From NCBI GenBank assembly GCA_902776565.1, contig CACYQN010000006.1, positions 154,709 through 218,708 on the forward strand: a stretch of DNA of 64,000 bases, given 5' to 3'. Source of the DNA: an uncultured Bacteroidia bacterium. GTDB taxonomy: Bacteria > Bacteroidota > Bacteroidia > Bacteroidales > ML635J-15. Below, one piece after another: positions 61,775-64,000 of this stretch. The position numbers and the translations under genes were made by a program. The first letter of the stretch is position 1; each line of letters opens with the position of its first letter. The notes beneath the pieces were generated by a model, which ran no database searches, had not been told where the DNA came from, and saw only the letters and a program-made list of their open reading frames with translations.

Positions 61775-64000
61775 ATGGTTAATTTCACGCACTTACACGT
61801 TCACTCTCACTACTCAGTACTCGACGGAATGTCGAAGGTTCCCGACTTGGTAAACAAGGCCATGAAAACCGGTATGTATGCACTTGCCCTCACCGACCAT
61901 GGCAACATGTACGGTATAAAGGATTTTGTGGATACTGTCAATGGTGTAAACAAGAAAACCAAGGAAAAAATCAAGGAACAGGAGAAAATTCTTGCAAAAG
62001 AGGATGCCACCGAAGAGGAAAAAGCCAATGCTACCCAAAAGATTGAAGAACTGAAGAAACAGATCTTCAAGCCGATAATCGGAATTGAAGCCTACTGCGC
62101 ACGCCGTGGCCTGAAGCTAAAGGACAAGGACTACCGCGAAGCCTCGCCCGAAACTGGAAAGATGAAAATCGTGGACAACAGCGGATACCATTTAATATTA
62201 TTGGCGAAGAACAAAAAGGGCTACCAGAACCTCTGCAAGCTTTCGTCGATTGCATTTATTGACGGCTACTATGGCTCGGCACGAATCGACAAGGAAGTCC
62301 TCGAGAAATACCACGAGGGAATAATCGCAAGTTCCGCCTGCCTCGGTGGAGAAATTCCACAACTGATAATTGCCAACAAGCTCGACAAGGCCGAAGAATC
62401 GGTACTTTGGTTCAAGCGTGTGTTCGGCGACGACTTCTATATCGAACTTCAGCGCCACAAGACCGACAAGCCTGGCGGTGCACGCGACACCTACGAGAAA
62501 CAATGCGTCGTAAACAAGGTGCTGGTGGAACTTGCCCGCAAACACGACATCAAGATTATTGCCACCAACGATGTACATTTTGTGGAGGAAGAACACGGCG
62601 AAGCCCACGAGCGACTCATCTGCCTCAGCACGCAGACCGAACTGAACGCACCCAACCGAGGAATGGCTTACACCAAGCAGGAATGGCTAAAGTCGCCAGA
62701 AGAAATGGAAGCTATCTTCTCCGACCTGCCCGAAGCAATCGAGAATACAATGGAAATCGCCGACAAGGTTGAGGTTTACGACATCGACTCGGGACCAATT
62801 ATGCCAGCTTTCCCTATTCCAGAAGACTTTGGTACAGAGGAAGAATACCGCCAGAAATTCACTCACGAGGACCTTTTCAACGAATTTACCCAAGATGAAA
62901 ACGGCAACGTCGTGATGTCGCAGGAAGAAGCAAATAAAAAAATCGAGAAAATTGGCGGTTACGAAAAGCTGTACCGAATCAAACTCGAAGCCGACTACCT
63001 TGCAAAATTGGCTTGGGACGGCGCACACAAGCGTTACGGAGAGAATCTCACTCAAGAACAAACCGACAGAATAAAGTTCGAACTGCACATAATGAAGACT
63101 ATGGGTTTCCCCGGCTACTTCCTTATTGTTCAAGACTATATACGCGGAGCAAGGGAAGAATTGGGCGTTTGGGTTGGCCCTGGCCGTGGTTCGGCTGCCG
63201 GTTCGGTTGTTGCATATTGCCTGCATATTACCGACCTCGACCCACTGAAGTACGACCTTCTGTTCGAGCGTTTCCTCAACCCCGACCGTATATCCCTCCC
63301 CGATATTGACGTTGACTTCGACGATGCAGGACGAGGAAAGGTACTCGACTGGGTGACACATAAATACGGAGCGGAAAAGGTCGCTCATATCATAACCTAC
63401 GGAACCATGGCAACCAAGTCGGCAATTGCCGATGTAGGTCGTGTACAGGGTGTGCCTCTGGAACGAGTCAATGAGATTAAGAAACTTATTCCCGACAAGT
63501 TCCCCGACAACATTAAAGACGAAAAAGGGAAAAATCCAAAGGTAAACCTAAAGAACTGCATAAAGTATGTCCCTGAAATAAAACAGATTGTCGAAGGTGA
63601 CGACTACAACGCAGCCACAATGATTGAATATGCCGAAGAACTTGAAGGCACTATCCGTCAGGTGGGAATACACGCCTGCGGATTCATCATCGGTGCCGAC
63701 GACCTCAGCAAGTTCGCCCCCATCAGCACCATCGAGGACAAGGAAACCGAAGGTCGCGTACCTGTAACCCAGTACGACGGCCACGTCATCGAAAGTGTAG
63801 GACTTATAAAGATGGACTTCCTCGGACTAATTACCTTGTCGATAATGAAGGAAGCCGTTTCCAACATAAAGAAGACAAAAGGTATCGACTTCGACATCAA
63901 CAGCATTCCAATCGACGACCCCGATACATTCAAGATATATTGTGCCGGCAAGACTGTCGCCATATTCCAATTTGAATCGCCCGGAATGCAGAAACACCTC
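61775..64000 (+). CDS. dnaE: DNA polymerase III alpha subunit (3' end outside the window)
   Basis: Not in the ORF track because it runs off the window. ATG 61775 opens MVNFTHLHVHSHYSVLDGMSKVPDLVNKAMKTGMYALALTDHGNMYG (PHP domain), later GFPGYFLIVQDYI and GPGRGSAAGSVVAYCLHITDLDP. The frame is open through 64000. Confidence 0.9.
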   Translation, partial: MVNFTHLHVHSHYSVLDGMSKVPDLVNKAMKTGMYALALTDHGNMYGIKDFVDTVNGVNKKTKEKIKEQEKILAKEDATEEEKANATQKIEELKKQIFKPIIGIEAYCARRGLKLKDKDYREASPETGKMKIVDNSGYHLILLAKNKKGYQNLCKLSSIAFIDGYYGSARIDKEVLEKYHEGIIASSACLGGEIPQLIIANKLDKAEESVLWFKRVFGDDFYIELQRHKTDKPGGARDTYEKQCVVNKVLVELARKHDIKIIATNDVHFVEEEHGEAHERLICLSTQTELNAPNRGMAYTKQEWLKSPEEMEAIFSDLPEAIENTMEIADKVEVYDIDSGPIMPAFPIPEDFGTEEEYRQKFTHEDLFNEFTQDENGNVVMSQEEANKKIEKIGGYEKLYRIKLEADYLAKLAWDGAHKRYGENLTQEQTDRIKFELHIMKTMGFPGYFLIVQDYIRGAREELGVWVGPGRGSAAGSVVAYCLHITDLDPLKYDLLFERFLNPDRISLPDIDVDFDDAGRGKVLDWVTHKYGAEKVAHIITYGTMATKSAIADVGRVQGVPLERVNEIKKLIPDKFPDNIKDEKGKNPKVNLKNCIKYVPEIKQIVEGDDYNAATMIEYAEELEGTIRQVGIHACGFIIGADDLSKFAPISTIEDKETEGRVPVTQYDGHVIESVGLIKMDFLGLITLSIMKEAVSNIKKTKGIDFDINSIPIDDPDTFKIYCAGKTVAIFQFESPGMQKHL

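Overview
This 64-kb chromosomal segment looks like a Bacteroidales (Prevotellaceae-like) genome. That placement is an inference from three things: many genes are preceded by the Bacteroidetes -7 promoter box TAnnTTTG, there are T9SS cargo proteins with a PorP/SprF partner, and there is a TonB-dependent receptor with a CarboxypepD_reg-like N-terminus. All protein family names come from motifs I recognise in the supplied translations. No database search was run.

Most of the window is housekeeping: MalY/PatB-type lyase (partial), HydE-like radical SAM, glutathione peroxidase, aminotransferases, HtrA, UvrA, ADP-forming acyl-CoA synthetase, SerC, SecA, RlmD, CutC, an S9 peptidase, DnaE (partial) and tRNA-Asp, tRNA-Glu and tRNA-Asn.

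Several visibly AT-richer accessory cassettes are embedded in it:
- an AAA+ ATPase gene bracketed by ~150-nt direct repeats;
- a zeta/COG4185-like P-loop toxin with a 92-aa partner, bracketed by ~185-nt direct repeats that each carry a terminator and a promoter;
- an operon of an unlisted 46-aa ORF, AbiH and RhuM;
- a second AAA+ ATPase.

The most unusual signals are non-coding:
1. Two copies (25844-25993 and 53025-53233) of a conserved four-way-junction element. Its unpaired blocks are nearly identical between copies, its stems differ by compensatory substitutions, and the two copies are circular permutations of each other. One copy abuts an ORF6N gene remnant. The other sits inside a 701-bp segment bounded by compound inverted repeats between two convergent genes.
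2. A dispersed family of degenerate short-word arrays (GTTTGA-type and its complement). These sometimes form long imperfect inverted repeats, and at five loci they are followed by a GC-rich palindrome whose T-G wobble indicates a preferred strand.

I cannot assign either class to a family I know. No CRISPR array, rRNA or intact transposase or integrase gene was seen.
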